From NCBI GenBank assembly GCA_038087875.1, contig CM075988.1:3162001-3226000 (forward strand): a stretch of DNA of 64,000 bases. Reading direction: 5' to 3'. Made by a program: the position numbers and the translations under genes. Each line of letters opens with the position of its first letter. The first letter of the stretch is position 1. Below the pieces are notes generated by a model. That model was given only the letters and a program-made list of their open reading frames with translations. It made no database searches and was not told where the DNA came from. The stretch comes from Malacoraja senta. Taxonomy: Eukaryota. Below are positions 48,553 to 61,135 of the stretch, one piece after another.

Positions 48553-50169
48553 CAGTGGCTTGCAAAAGTATTCATACCCCTTGAACTTTTCCACATTTTG
48601 TCACGTTACAACCACAAACGTAAATGTAGTTTATTGGGATTGTATGTGATAGACCAACACAAAGTGGCGCATAATTGTGAAGTGGAAGGAAAATGATACA
48701 TGGTTTTCAAATTTTTTTACAAATAAAAAACTGAAAAGTGTCGCGTGCAAAAGTATTCAGCCCCCTTTACTCTGATACCCCTAAATAAAATCCAGTGCAA
48801 CCAATTGCCTTCAGAAGTCACCTAATTAGTAAATAGAGTCCACTTGAGTGTAATCTAATCTCAGTATAAATACAGGTGTTCTGTGAAGGCCTCAGAGGTT
48901 TGTTAGAGAACATTAGTGAACAAACAGCATCATGAAGCCCAAGGAACACACCAGACATGTCAGGGATAAAGTTGTGGAGAAGTTTAAAGCAGGGTTAGGT
49001 TATAAAAAAATATCCCAAGCTTTGAACATCTCACGGAGCACTGTTCAATCCATCATCCGAAAATGGAAAGAGTATGGCACAACTGCAAACCTACCAAGAC
49101 ATGGCCGTCCACCTAAACTGACAGGCCGGGCAAGGAGAGCATTGATCAGAGAAGCAGCCAAGAGGCCCATGGTAACTCTGGAGGAGCTGCAGAGATCCAC
49201 AGCTCAGGTGGGAGAATCTGTCCACAGGACAACTATTAGTCGTGCACTCCACAAATCGGGCCTTTATGGAAGAGTAGCAAGAAGAAAGCCATTGTTGAAA
49301 AAAAGCCATAAGAGGTCCCGTTTGCAGTTTGCCACAAGCCATGTGGGGGACACAGCAAACATGTGGAGGAAGGTGCTCTGGTCAGATGAGACCAAAATTG
49401 AAGTTTTTGGCCTAAATGCAAAACGCTATGTTTGGCGGAAACCTAACACTGCACATCACCCTGAACACACCATCCGCACTGTGAAACATGGTGGTGGCAG
49501 CATCATGCTGTGGGGATGCTTTTCTTCAGCAGGGACAGGGAAGCTGGTCAGAGTTGATGGGAAGATGGATGGAGCCAAATACAGGGCAATCTTGGAAGAA
49601 AACCTGTTAGAGTCTGCAAAAGACTTGAGACTGGGGCGGAGGTTCACCATCCAGCAGGACAACGACCCTAAACATACAGCCAGACCTACAATGGAATGGT
49701 TTAGATCAAAGCATATTCATGTGTTAGAATGGCCCAGTCAAAGTCCAGACCTAAATCCAATTGATAATCTCTGGCAAGGCTTGAAAATTGCTGTTCACAG
49801 ACGCTCTCCATCCAATCTGACTGAGCTTGAGCTACTTTGCAAAGAAGAATGGGCAAAAATTTCAGTCTCTAGATGTGCAAAGCTGGTAGAGACATACCCC
49901 AAAAGACTTGCAGCTGTAATTGCAGCAAAAAGTGGTTCTACAAAGTATTGACTCAGGGGGGCTGAATACTTTTGCAGGCGACACTTTTCAGTTTTTTATT
50001 TGTAAAAAAATTTGAAAACCATGTATCATTTTCCTTCCACTTCACAATTATGCACCACTTTGTGTTGGTCTATCACATAAAATCCCAATAAAATACATTT
50101 ACGTTTGTGGTTGTAACGTGACAAAATGTGGAAAAGTTCAAGGGGTATGAATACTTTTGCAAGCCACTG
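48553..50169 (+). mobile_element. Full-length Tc1-family (Passport-like, IR/DR) DNA transposon, 1617 bp
   Basis: TA TSDs (48551-48552, 50170-50171); ~213-bp TIRs starting cagtggcttgcaaaagtattca with internal direct repeat gcaaaagtattca; only about 4 mismatches between the TIRs by eye. Confidence 0.97.
48932..49951 (+). CDS. Tc1 transposase, 339 aa, open frame
   Basis: Paired-like HTH, GRPPK, WSDETK, KHGGG, QQDNDPKH, SPDLNPIDNLW. Confidence 0.95.
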   Translation: MKPKEHTRHVRDKVVEKFKAGLGYKKISQALNISRSTVQSIIRKWKEYGTTANLPRHGRPPKLTGRARRALIREAAKRPMVTLEELQRSTAQVGESVHRTTISRALHKSGLYGRVARRKPLLKKSHKRSRLQFATSHVGDTANMWRKVLWSDETKIEVFGLNAKRYVWRKPNTAHHPEHTIRTVKHGGGSIMLWGCFSSAGTGKLVRVDGKMDGAKYRAILEENLLESAKDLRLGRRFTIQQDNDPKHTARPTMEWFRSKHIHVLEWPSQSPDLNPIDNLWQGLKIAVHRRSPSNLTELELLCKEEWAKISVSRCAKLVETYPKRLAAVIAAKSGSTKY

Positions 50170-50906
50170 TAACTCCTGAATAATCCTTATCACCACTCCC
50201 TCAGTCCAGCTAGTGTGTGGGCAGTGAATCAAAGACAACACTCACTATCATGTCAAACAGGTATTCCTCCATTTACAAATCTTCAATAGCTCAATAAAAC
50301 ATTATTTGTCACATGTTCCGAGGTACAGTGAAATTCATTTTTGTATACAGGTAATACAATATGAGATACATCTTAGATAAGCATCCCAGATATAGTGCAA
50401 GTGTATAGCAGTAGTACCCAGACACAGTCTACAGAGTCACCAGATTTAACGCCAGTTTCAAGTCCCAGTTGCTGTAAGTGTTCCACCACTCCGTGAAGCT
50501 GCAGGTCCCGCCCGGCCCACACGCATGGTATCCTGGATCGGCCGCCTGGTGCATATAACAGTAAACAAAACCAAATCTGATATTGACTCCATTTGCTTTC
50601 TGCTGCATTGCCTTCAGGATATATGTCTAGAAAGCCTCCTGATCCCTGCAGAGAGAGGATGACTCCTTCCTGGCGATGGTGGAGGCTGGTGCCCTCCACC
50701 ATGGTAATGTGAGCTTAACTTGGCAAAGCATAGAAGGCTGTGCGATTTCGGAAGAAGGGTCTCGACCCAAAATATCACCTATTCCTTTTCTCTAGAGATG
50801 CTGCCTAACCCGCATAGAAGGTATAGAAGGCCGTGGGCTGAGGCTTGGTGGGTGAGATTGGCACTATTGGTTGGCTGATATGGTGGGCAAAAGAGCCTGT
50901 TTAGCC

Positions 50907-52065
50907 TCATAGAGTCAGAGTCATACAGCGTGGAAACAGGCCCTTCAGCCCAACTTGGCTACACCCACCAACATGCCCCATCTACACTAGTCCCACTTGC
51001 CTGCTTCTGGCCCATTTCCTTCCAACCTGTCCTATCCACGTGCCTGTCTAATTGTTTCTTAATGTCACGAAAGTCCTTGCCCCAACTACCTCCTCCGGCA
51101 GCTCGTTCCATACACCTACCATGCTTTGCATGAAAATGTTATCCCTCAGTTTCCTATAAAATCTTTCCCCTTCACCTTAAACCTTTGCTTTTGATTCCCC
51201 CACTCTGGGCAAGAGACTCTGTGCATCCATCTGATCTATTCCTGGCATGATTTTATACACCTCTATAAGATCACCCCTAATCCTCCTGCGCTCCAGGGAA
51301 TAGAGTCCCAGACTGCTCGTGCTCTATTGCTCAAATCCTCGAGTCCCGGCAACATCCTTGTAGATCTTATTTGCACCCTTTCCAACTTAACGTATTTCCT
51401 ATAATCCAATGCCCAGAAAGGAACACAATACTCTAAATGTGGCCTCAACAACACCTTATATAACTGCAACATGACCTCCCAACTTTGATACTATTACTCT
51501 GATGAAGGCCAAAGTGCCAAAGCCTTTTTGACCAGTCCATCCACCTGTGATGCCACCTGCCAGGAACTACGTACCTGCACTTCTACATCCTCTGCTCTAC
51601 AACACTCCCCAGAGCCCTACCATTCACAGTGTAGGTCCTGCACATGTTTGACTTCACAAAATGTAACACCTCACATTTCCCTGTTTTAAATTCCATCAAC
51701 CATTCCTCAGTCCACCTGACCAAGATCTTGCTGCAATTTTTGATAACCATTTTCACTATCTACAATCCCACCCACTTTTGTGTCATCCAAATCATTGATA
51801 TAGATGACAAACAGCAAAGGGCCCAGCACCGAACCCCGAGGCACACCACAAGTCACAGGCCTCCAGCCTGAAAAACAGCCTCCCACCATCACCCTCTGCT
51901 TCCTTCCATGAAGTGAAATTTCTATCCATTCAGCTATCTCTCCTTGTATTCCATGAACTCAAACCTTCAAGAGCAGGCTACCACATGGAACCTTGTCGAA
52001 GGCTTTACTGCAATCCATGTACACAACACCTACAGCTCTGCCCTCATCGACATATTTGGTCACAA
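50907..52065 (-). mobile_element. CR1 LINE RT and 3' end, degraded
   Basis: PRGSVLGPLLFVIYINDLD, LLRPHLEYC, 3' UTR and tail. Confidence 0.85.
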
Positions 52066-52310
52066 TGAATGAATTCTCTGATGAATAACTACAACTCTTC
52101 CACTGAGGTGATTAATATAGGATTCAGAAACCATGGGCTTCTCTCCTTTTCTTAATCTGGGAGACATTGATCAGATGAAGTGGCAGGCAGAATAACCCTC
52201 CCCTTCCAGTGTAGGCTGACGTTAACTGTGGCTAGCTGCTCATGACTCTGGGTTGACTCCTGATGCAACCGTTTAATAAACCTTCATCTCGATAATACAA
52301 TCGTGGAAAT

Positions 52311-52625
52311 GGCGGTCATGGTGGTGGAGCGGTAGAGTTGCTGCCTTACAACGAATGCAGCGCTGGAGACCTGGGTTCGATCCCGACTACGGGTGCTACC
52401 TGTACGGAGTTTGTAAGTTCCTGCGTGGGTTTTCTCCGAGATCTTCGGTTTCCTCCCACACTCCAAAGACGTACAGGTTTGTAGGTTAATTGGGTTGATA
52501 AATGTAAAAATTATCCCTATTCGGTGTAGGATAGTGTTAATGTGCTGGTATCGCTGGTTGGCGCGGATCCGGTGGGCCAAGGGTCTGTTTCCATGCTGTA
52601 TCTCTAAAAACAAAAAACAAAAACT
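52311..52625 (+). mobile_element. Full-length tRNA-derived SINE (HE1-like)
   Basis: Pol III A-box-like ggtggagcggt and B-box ggttcgatccc; CR1-like 3' tail gggtctgtttccatgctgtatctctaa. Confidence 0.8.
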
Positions 52626-52684
52626 GAAAGATGCTGTATATAGCATCTAGAGTTGGCAACATCAGCTTTAGACTTTAGACTTTA

Positions 52685-53327
52685 GAGATACAGTGTGGAA
52701 ACAGGCCCTTCAGCCCAATGGGTCTGCGCTGATTATTGATCACCCCCATACACTAATCTACACACACTAAGGACAATTTACAACCGAAGCTAAATAACCT
52801 ACAAGCCTGTACGTGTTTGGAGTGTGGGAGGAAACTGAAGAACGTGTAGAAAACCCACGCAGGTCACGGGGAGAAGGTACAAACTCCCTACAGACAGCAC
52901 CCGCAGTCAGGATTAAACCCAGGTCTTTGGCGCTGTAAGGCTATCAGGCAGCAACTACCGCTGCGCTGCCGTGTCGATCGTAGGCTAAGATCAGACTTTT
53001 CAGAGACTTTGAAGTAGCAAGATTGGACTCATGTATAATGCCATTTGTCTGGATGGCGTGCAGAACAAGCATGTCACTGTGTTTGAGTACACATGACAAT
53101 AAAGACAGCGCTGAACCATTGACCTCATGATATTTAAGGGAACAATCTGGTCTCAAACGGGAATTGTCCAGAACCATAGGCATTCAAAGTGAATAGTTGG
53201 CTGGGGCAAAGGCATTATTTGAGCCAATTAAGACCAATCTAGACAGTCTCTAGGCCAGCACCAATGTGAAGGCCCAAATGGTTGACCTCAGTGTCATCTC
53301 AGTGTGGATGATCAGCCATGATCACAG
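52685..53327. repeat. Direct duplication, copy 1 (SINE plus adjoining ~350 bp)
   Basis: 52982-53327 nearly identical to 54364-54709, each preceded by a minus-strand SINE. Confidence 0.88.
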
Positions 53328-53331
53328 TGAA

Positions 53332-53572
53332 TGTCTGTGTGTTTGTGTGTGTCTGAGTGTGTGTGTCTGGGTGTGTGTGTGTCTGGGTGTGTGTGTGTGT
53401 GTCTGTGTGTGTGTGTCTGGGTGTGTGTGTCTGGGTGTATGTGTGTGTGTGTGTCTGGGTGTGTGTGTCTGGGTGTGTGTGTCTGAGTGTGTGTGTCTGT
53501 GTGTGTGTGTCTGAGTGTGTGTCTGGGTGTGTGTGTGTGTGTGTGTCTGTGTGTGTGTGTGTGTGTGTGTCT

Positions 53573-53619
<47 letters not shown>

Positions 53620-53707
53620 TGGGTGTGTGTGTCTGGGTGTGTGTGTGTGTGTGTGTGTGTGTCTGGGTGTGTGTGTCTGGGTGTGTGTGTGTGTGTGTAT
53701 CTGTGTG
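53332..53707. repeat. Compound (GT)n / (GTCTGG) microsatellite
   Basis: Directly visible. Confidence 0.98.
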
Positions 53708-54049
53708 ACATGAGAAAAGAACTGCGGTGGCTGGTTTAAAACAATTTGAGATTTGTAATAGAAAAAATCAGGTGATTAAAGTGCACATTGTCAGATTTTA
53801 ATAAAGGATATTTTGTATACATTTTGGTTTCACCATGTAGAGTTACTCCAGCTTTTTGTGTCCATCTTTAATTTAGTTTAGTTGAGTTTAGAGATGCAGC
53901 CTAGAAATAAGCCCTTCAGCCCATCATGTCCATGCCGACCAACGAGCATCCATACTCTAGTTTCATCTTATATATCAGGGACAATTTCCAAAAGCCAATT
54001 AACCTACAAACCCGCATGTCTTTAGAGTGTGGGAGGAAACCGGAACATC

Positions 54050-54709
54050 CGGAGAAACAGCACGGAAACAAGCCCTTCAGCCCACCGAGTCGGCGCCGAC
54101 CAGCGATCACCGTACGCTGGCACTCTCCTACACACCAGGGACAATTTACAATTTTGTTTTAACCAAAGCAGATTAACCTATAAAACTGTACGTCTTTGGA
54201 ATGTGGGAGGAAACCGGAACATGCGGAGAAAACCCACGCAGGTCACGGGATGAACGCACAAACTATGTACAGACAGCACGCGTATCCAGGCTTGAACCCA
54301 GATCTCTGGAGCTGTGAGCACTGTCAGGCAGCTACTGGACCGCTGCGTCACAGTGCCGATCTAAGGCTAAGACCAGACTTTTCAGAGACTTTGAAGTTGC
54401 AAAATTGGACTCATGTATCGTGCCATTTGTCTGGATGGCGTGCAGAACAAGCATGTCACTGTGTTTGAGTACACATGACAATAACGACAACGCTGAACCA
54501 TTGACCTCATGATATTTACGGGAACAATCTGGTCTCAAAAGGGAATTGTCCAGAACCATAGGCATTCAAAGTGAATAGTTGGCTGGGGCAAAGGCATTAT
54601 TTGAGCCAATTAAGACCAATCTAGACAGTCTCTGGGCCAGCACCAGTGTGATGGGCCAAATGGTTGACCTCAGTGTCATCTCAGTGTGGATGATCAGCCA
54701 TGATCACAG
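54050..54709. repeat. Direct duplication, copy 2
   Basis: See copy 1. Confidence 0.88.
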
Positions 54710-55779
54710 CTGGCTCAAAGGGTCGAATGGCCTACTCCTGCACCTATTGTCTATTGTCTATTTCATAATACAATAATGGAGAAACACTCTGAATTCTATT
54801 TCATAATTCAGAGAGTTTCTCCATTATTGTACCCTTTAAAAGAAACTCTATTATCTTCCCTCTTCTGACCTTGATCTAACTTTCTGCCATTACACAGAGT
54901 AGCGTTATGTTTTGATATCGAGGAATCACTTGTAGCCATATACAAACCCAGTTCATTTTCCCAATAAATGTTATATAAATGTAACAGACTCTGCTTTCCC
55001 ATATCAAACCTTGCTAAAAATTTTTTTTTTTTTTATGACAATTTATTTTTAGCTTACTTTAGTGATACATTAGTTTAGAGATTCAGTGCGGAAACAGGCC
55101 CTTTGGCCCACTGAGTCATCACCAACCTCTGGCGCTGCAAGGCAGCAACTCCACTGTTGCGCCATTGTGCTGCCCATCTAAACCCAGTCTGAAGAAGGTT
55201 CCCAACCAAAAACACCGCCAGTATGAAGAAGGGTCCCGATGCAGATACCCCACCTATCCATGTTCTCCAGAGATGCTGCTTGACCCACTGAGTTATTCCA
55301 GCACTCTGTGTCTTTTTTGGTAAACCAAGAAGACATGACCTTATCTCCTTCAGCTCCATGTAAGCTGTTCATCAACATATGGGAAATGAATGTTATGCTT
55401 GTTCTTCTATCTAATTTGTGATAACAAATAAATGTTGAAGAACAAAGTATGAAGGTCAAATTGGATGATGGATACAAACAAATTAGACAGTTGAACAGAT
55501 GCCCACAAATAACATCTAAAATATAAATGAGACCAGGCCATTGAGAATTATTTTAAGACCGAAGATGACAGTGACTGGCAGGGCAGTCAGTATCAGCAGA
55601 AACCCAGCCTTTGTTTAGCTGGCTCTATTAATTATACATTAGTAAACATGTGTGGGAAGGAACTGCAGATGCTGGTTTAAACCGAAGATAGACACAAACA
55701 GCTGGAGTAACTCAGCGGGACAGGCAGCATCTCTGGATAGAAGGAATGGGTGATGTTTCAGGTTGAGACCCCTCTTCAA

Positions 55780-58700
55780 AGAGATGGGAAGTTGCCTGAT
55801 GGGAGAGGCCCAGGGACCGTTGCAGGAGGAGGAGCGGCGTCCGGGTGGTGAGTAGTTAAACAGCGCGGGGCTTTGCTTTCCAGAGGCCCAGGGACCGTTG
55901 CAGGAGGAGGAGCCCAAAACTGCAATGTTCCATTCAAGTTTCCCATAAGTGAGGAAGCCGCTGATTGGTGGAAGAGGACTAAGAGGAAGCAGCTGATTGG
56001 GAGTCGGATCCCTGCTGATTTCCTCCACCAGTTTGTATTGTATCCAGGGTAAGGCTTTGTATTGTATCCAGGGTAAGGGGGGAGAATGAGGGCCAGGGCA
56101 GTTTACTGTTCTTAATGTCAGATGTGGGAGGTCATGGAGTCTGATACCCCTCCAGACGTCCACATCTGTGTCAGGTGCGTAGAGATGGGGTTCCTAAGGG
56201 ATCGTGTTAGGAACCTGGAGCAGCAGCTCGATGACCTCTGTCTGATCAGGGAGAGTGAGGAGGTCATAGAAAGGAGTTATAGGGAGGTGGCCACTCCAAG
56301 ACCGCGGGAGGCAGACAAGTGGGTCACGGTTAGGAAGGGCAAGGGGCAGAGGCAGGGACTAGTGAGTACCCCGGTGGCTGTACACCTTGAAAATAAGTAC
56401 TCCTGTTTGAGTACTGTTGGGGGGGACAGCTTTCCTGGGGGTAGCGACAACGGCCGGGCCTCCGGCACAGAGACCGGCCCTATTGCTCAGAAGGGTAGGG
56501 AAAAGAAGAGGAGGGCAATAGTAATAGGGGACTCTATGGTTAGGGGGTCGGATAGGCGATTCTGTGGACGCAGTCAGGAGACCCGGATGGTAGTTTGCCT
56601 CCCTGGTGCCAGGGTCAGGGATGTGTCTGAAAGCGTCCAAGATATCCTGAAATCGGAGGGAGAGGAGCCTGAGGTTGTGGTACATATAGGTACCAATGAC
56701 ATAGGCAGAAAAAGAGAAGAGGTCCTGAAAGGAGAATTTAGGGAGTTGGGAGGAGAGTTAAGGAGAAGGTCCGCAAAGATAACAATCTCAGGATTACTAC
56801 CTGTGCCACGCGACAGTGAGAGCAGGAATGAAATGAGGTGGAGGATAAATGCGTGGCTGAGGAACTGGTGCAGCGGGCAGGGATTCAAATTTCTGGATCA
56901 TTGGGACCTCTTTTGGGGAAGGTGTGACCTGTACAGAAAGGACGGGTTGCACTTGAAACCGAGGGGAACCAATATCCTGGCGGGGAGATTTGCAAAGGCT
57001 ACTGGGGAGACTTTAAACTAGAATGGTTGTGGGGAGGGACTCAAATAGAGAAAGATAGTAGAAAATGTGGGAGGCAGGAGGCAGAGAAGGGAAGCACTCA
57101 GACCCAAAATGTAGGGGAGAAAGAAGAAAAAGATAATAAACAGAGAATAAGTGGTGGTGGGTTTCTTAAATGTGTATATTTTAATGCTAGGAGCATTGTA
57201 AGAAAGGTGGATGAGCTTAGAGTCTGGATTGACACCTGGAAGTATGATGTTGTGGCAATCAGTGAAACATGGTTGCTGGAGGGCTGTGATTGGAAACTAA
57301 ATATTCCAGGATTTCGTTGCTTCACGGGTGATAGAATTGGAGGGGCAAGAGGTGGGGGTGTTGCATTGCTTATCAAGGAAGATATTACAGCAGTGCTTTG
57401 GCAGGATAGATTAGAGGGCTCGTCTGGAGAGGCTATTTGGGTGGAGCTGAGAAATGGGAAAGGTGTAGCAACACTTATAGGGGTGTATTATAGACCGCCA
57501 AATGGGGAGCGAGAATTGGAAGAGCAAATATGTAAGGAGATAGCAGATATTAGTAGTAAGCACATGGTAGTGATTGTGGGAGATTTCAATTTTCCACACA
57601 TAGACTGGGAAACACATTCTGTAAAAGGGCTGGATGGTTTGGAGTTTGTAAAATGTGTGCAGGATAGTTTTTTGCAGCAATTCATAGAGGTACCTACTAG
57701 AGAAGGGGCAGTGCTGGACCTTCTGTTAGGAAATGAGACGGGGCAAGTGGCAGAGGTAAGCGTTGGGGAGCACTTCGGGTCCAGTGATCACAATACCATT
57801 AGTTTCAATATAATTATGGAGAGGGTCAGAACTGGACCTAGGGTTGAGATTTTTGATTGGAGAAAGGCTAACTTTGAGGAGATGCGAAAGGATTTATAAA
57901 GGAATGAATTGGGACATGTTGTTTTATGGGAAGGATGTGGAAGAGGAATGGAGGACATTTAAAGGTGACATTTTAAGAGTACAGAATCTTTATGTCCCTG
58001 TTCGGTTGAAAGGAAATAGTAAAAATTGGAAAGAGCCATGGTTTTCAAGGGAAATTGGACACTTGGTTCGGAAAAAGAGAGAGATCTACAATAATTATAG
58101 GCAGCGGAGTAAATGAGGTGCTTGAGGAGTATAAAGAATGTAAAAAGAATATTAAGAAAGAAATTAGAAAAGCTAAAAGAAGATATGAGGTTGCTTTGGC
58201 AAGTAAGGTGAAAGTAAATCCAAAGGGTTTCTACAGCTATATTAATAGCAAAAGGATAACAAGGAATAAAATTGGTCCATTAGAGAGTCAGAGTGGACAG
58301 CTATCTGCAAAGCCAAAAGAGATAGGGGAGATATTGAACAATTTCTTTTCTTCGGTATTCACCAAGGAGAAGGATATGGAATTATGTGAGGTAAGGGAAA
58401 CAAGCAGAGTAGCAATGGAAACTATGAGATTCAAAGAAGAGGAGGTGCGGACACTTTTGAAAAATATGAAAACGGATAAGTCTCCAGGTCCTGACAGGAT
58501 ATTCCCGAGGACATTGAGGGAAGTTAGTGTAGAAATAGCAGGGGCTATGACAGAAATATTTCAAATGTCATTAGAAACGGGAATAGTGCCGGAGGATTGG
58601 CGTACTGCGCATGTTGTTCCGTTGTTTATAAAGGGTTCTAAGAGTAAACCTAGCAATTATAGACCTGCTAGTTTGACGTCAGTTGTGGGCAAATTAATGG

Positions 58701-59533
58701 AAAGGATACTTAGAGATAATATATATATAAGCATCTGGATAAGCAGGGTCTGATTAGGAACAGTCAACATGGATTTGTGCCTGGAAGGTCATGTTTGACT
58801 AATCTTCTAGAATTTTTCGAAGAGGTTACTAGGGAAATTGATGAGGGTAAAGCAGTGGATGTTGTCTATATGGACTTCAGTAAGGCCTTTGACAAGGTTC
58901 CTCATGGAAGGTTAGTTAAGAAGATTAAATTGTCGGGTATTAATGGTGGAGTAGCAAGATGGATTCAACAGTGGCTGAATGGGAGATGCCAGAGAGTAAT
59001 GGTGGATGGCTGCTTGTCAGGTTGGAGGCTGGAGAATTGGTGCCTCAGGGGTCTGTGTTGGGTCCACTGTGGTTTGGATGATGGTGTGGAAAATTGGATT
59101 AGTAAGTATGCAGATTATACTAAGATAGGTGGTGTGGGTTTCAGCAACTAAGTTACAGAGAAAGGTTGAACAAGTTAGGTCTTTATTCTTTGGAGCGCAG
59201 AAGGTTAAGAGGGGACTTGATAGAGGTCTTTAAAATTATGAGCGGGTTAGACAGAGTTGACGTGGATAAGCTTTTTCCATTGAGAGTAGGGAAGATGCAA
59301 ACAAGGGGACATGACTTGAGAATTAAGGGACAGAAGGTTAGGGGTAACATTAGGGGCAACTTCTTTACTCAGAGAGTGGTAGCTGTGTGGAATGAGCTTC
59401 CAGTGGAAGTGGTGGAGGCTGGTTCGATTTTATCCTTTAAAAATAGATTGGATGGGTATATGGACGGGAAAGGAATGGAGTGTTATGGTCTGAGTGCAGG
59501 TAGAAGTGCAGGGGGAAGTATATATTTAAAAAA

Positions 59534-59570
<37 letters not shown>

Positions 59571-59650
59571 TTCGGCACGGACTTGAAGGGCCGAGATGGC
59601 CTGTTTCCGTGCTGTAATGGTTATATGGTTATATATGGTTATATGGTTAT
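55780..59650 (+). mobile_element. Near full-length CR1 LINE (5' UTR, ORF1, ORF2 with frameshifts and an internal deletion, (tatatggt)n tail)
   Basis: ORF1 CxxC / coiled coil / SGNH esterase (IGDSMVRG, HIGTND, DGLH); ORF2 FNARS, ISETW, VGDFN, SDHN, YMDFSKAFD, YADY; (AAT)n at ~59534-59569. Confidence 0.93.
56086..57021 (+). pseudogene. CR1 ORF1 (zinc finger, coiled coil, SGNH esterase)
   Basis: ATG at 56086, one in-frame TAA at 56113-56115, then 299 open codons. Confidence 0.85.
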
Positions 59651-60872
59651 GCCCATCACTATAAAAAAATATGATTTTCAAATTATGCAATGTTACGCAA
59701 TTGAATTTCTAGATGATCTTGAGAATTGCAGCAATGCTCTCCATTATCAGTTATTACAACCAACATATTTCCTATGTGACTGATCCTGTCCAATCTCACC
59801 AACCTTAGCATGTATTATCTGTGCACATAAACACAAAGTGTTTTTGCAGTCTGCATTTATCTATTCCACCCAATGCTGCACAATTTCCTATCCGTGCCAA
59901 ATGCTTGGTTCAATTTAACCCACTTACAGCCCGACTCCAGTCTGCAAAGACTGGGCCCTTGTCCACTACCCACCCCCTCCTTGCAGCCCAACATCAGTTG
60001 GGCAGTCTCGAAACGTCACCCATTTCTTCTCTCCAGAGATGTTGCCTGTCCTGCTGAGTTACTCCAGCTTCTTGTGTCTATCTTCTATAAAAACAGGGAC
60101 CTCAAGTTGGTTTGGTAAACCAGGGAGAGAAACCTGGTGGGTGATTGATTGGTTGAAAGATACAGCATGGGAACCGGCCCTTTGGCCCATCGAGTCCACG
60201 GCGACCATCGACCACCTGTTCACACTAGTTCTACATTATCCCACTTTTGCATCCATTCCCTGCAGACTTGGGGCAATTTTACAGAAGCCAATTAACCTAC
60301 AAACCCGCACACCTTTTGGATGTGGGAGGAAGCCGGAGCACGCAGAGGAATTTGACGCGGTCTCAGAGAGAATGTGCAAACTTGGACAGGAATGAACAGA
60401 AACAGTGTGGGAGATCACAGTGACCACCGTGACACATGCAAACATGAACCTGGACGTTTTATTTGTGAATGGCACCAAAATATGATGACTCGTGCGTGTG
60501 TGAGCTGTGCAAAAAGAGGTTCACTGTGCAGTGCATACGTGACAATAAAGAACCATCGATCCTCTGTGAGGCCTACACAAATAATGTCCAAGGTAAATTT
60601 GTCTGGCAGGCTGCAGCTCTACCAGCTGCACCACTGTGCCACCGTAATTTAGTTTACTTTAGTTTAGTTCAGAGAGACTGGCCATGTCAGTGGATATTTT
60701 TAAGGCAGAATAGATAGATTCTTGATTAGTACAGGTGTCAGAGGTTATGGGGAGAAGACCGGAGAATGGGGTTAGGAGGGAGAGATAGATCAGCCATGAT
60801 TGAATGGGGGAGTACTTGATGGGCCGAATGGCCTAATTCTACGCCTATTCCTTACGACCTTATGGCCTTTTA

Positions 60873-61135
60873 GACCGTGGAAACAGGCCCTTCTGCCCAC
60901 TGAGTCTGCACCAACTAGTGATCCCCGTACATTAACACTACCCTACAAACACTGGGGACATTTTACACTCATGTCAAGCAAATTGGAGTAGGGGGAGGAA
61001 ACCGAAAATCTTGAGAGAAAACCCACCTGGTCACAGGGAGAATGTACAAACTCCGTACAGACAGCATCCGTAGTCAGGATCGAACCTGGGTCTCTGGCGC
61101 TGTGAGGCAGCAACTCTACTGCTGCGCCACCGTGT
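60873..61135 (-). mobile_element. tRNA-derived SINE (HE1-like)
   Basis: Same SINE consensus as 52311-52625; another copy at ~60155-60390. Confidence 0.78.

Noticed and set aside
52311..52390. tRNA gene
   Set aside because: Degenerate tRNA-derived SINE head; I cannot fold a full cloverleaf.
53266..53739. Cys/Val-rich and His/Thr-rich ORFs
   Set aside because: Translations of the (GT)n microsatellite.
56122..57021. Host GDSL/SGNH lipase gene
   Set aside because: It is ORF1 of a CR1 LINE, directly upstream of the EN-RT ORF2.
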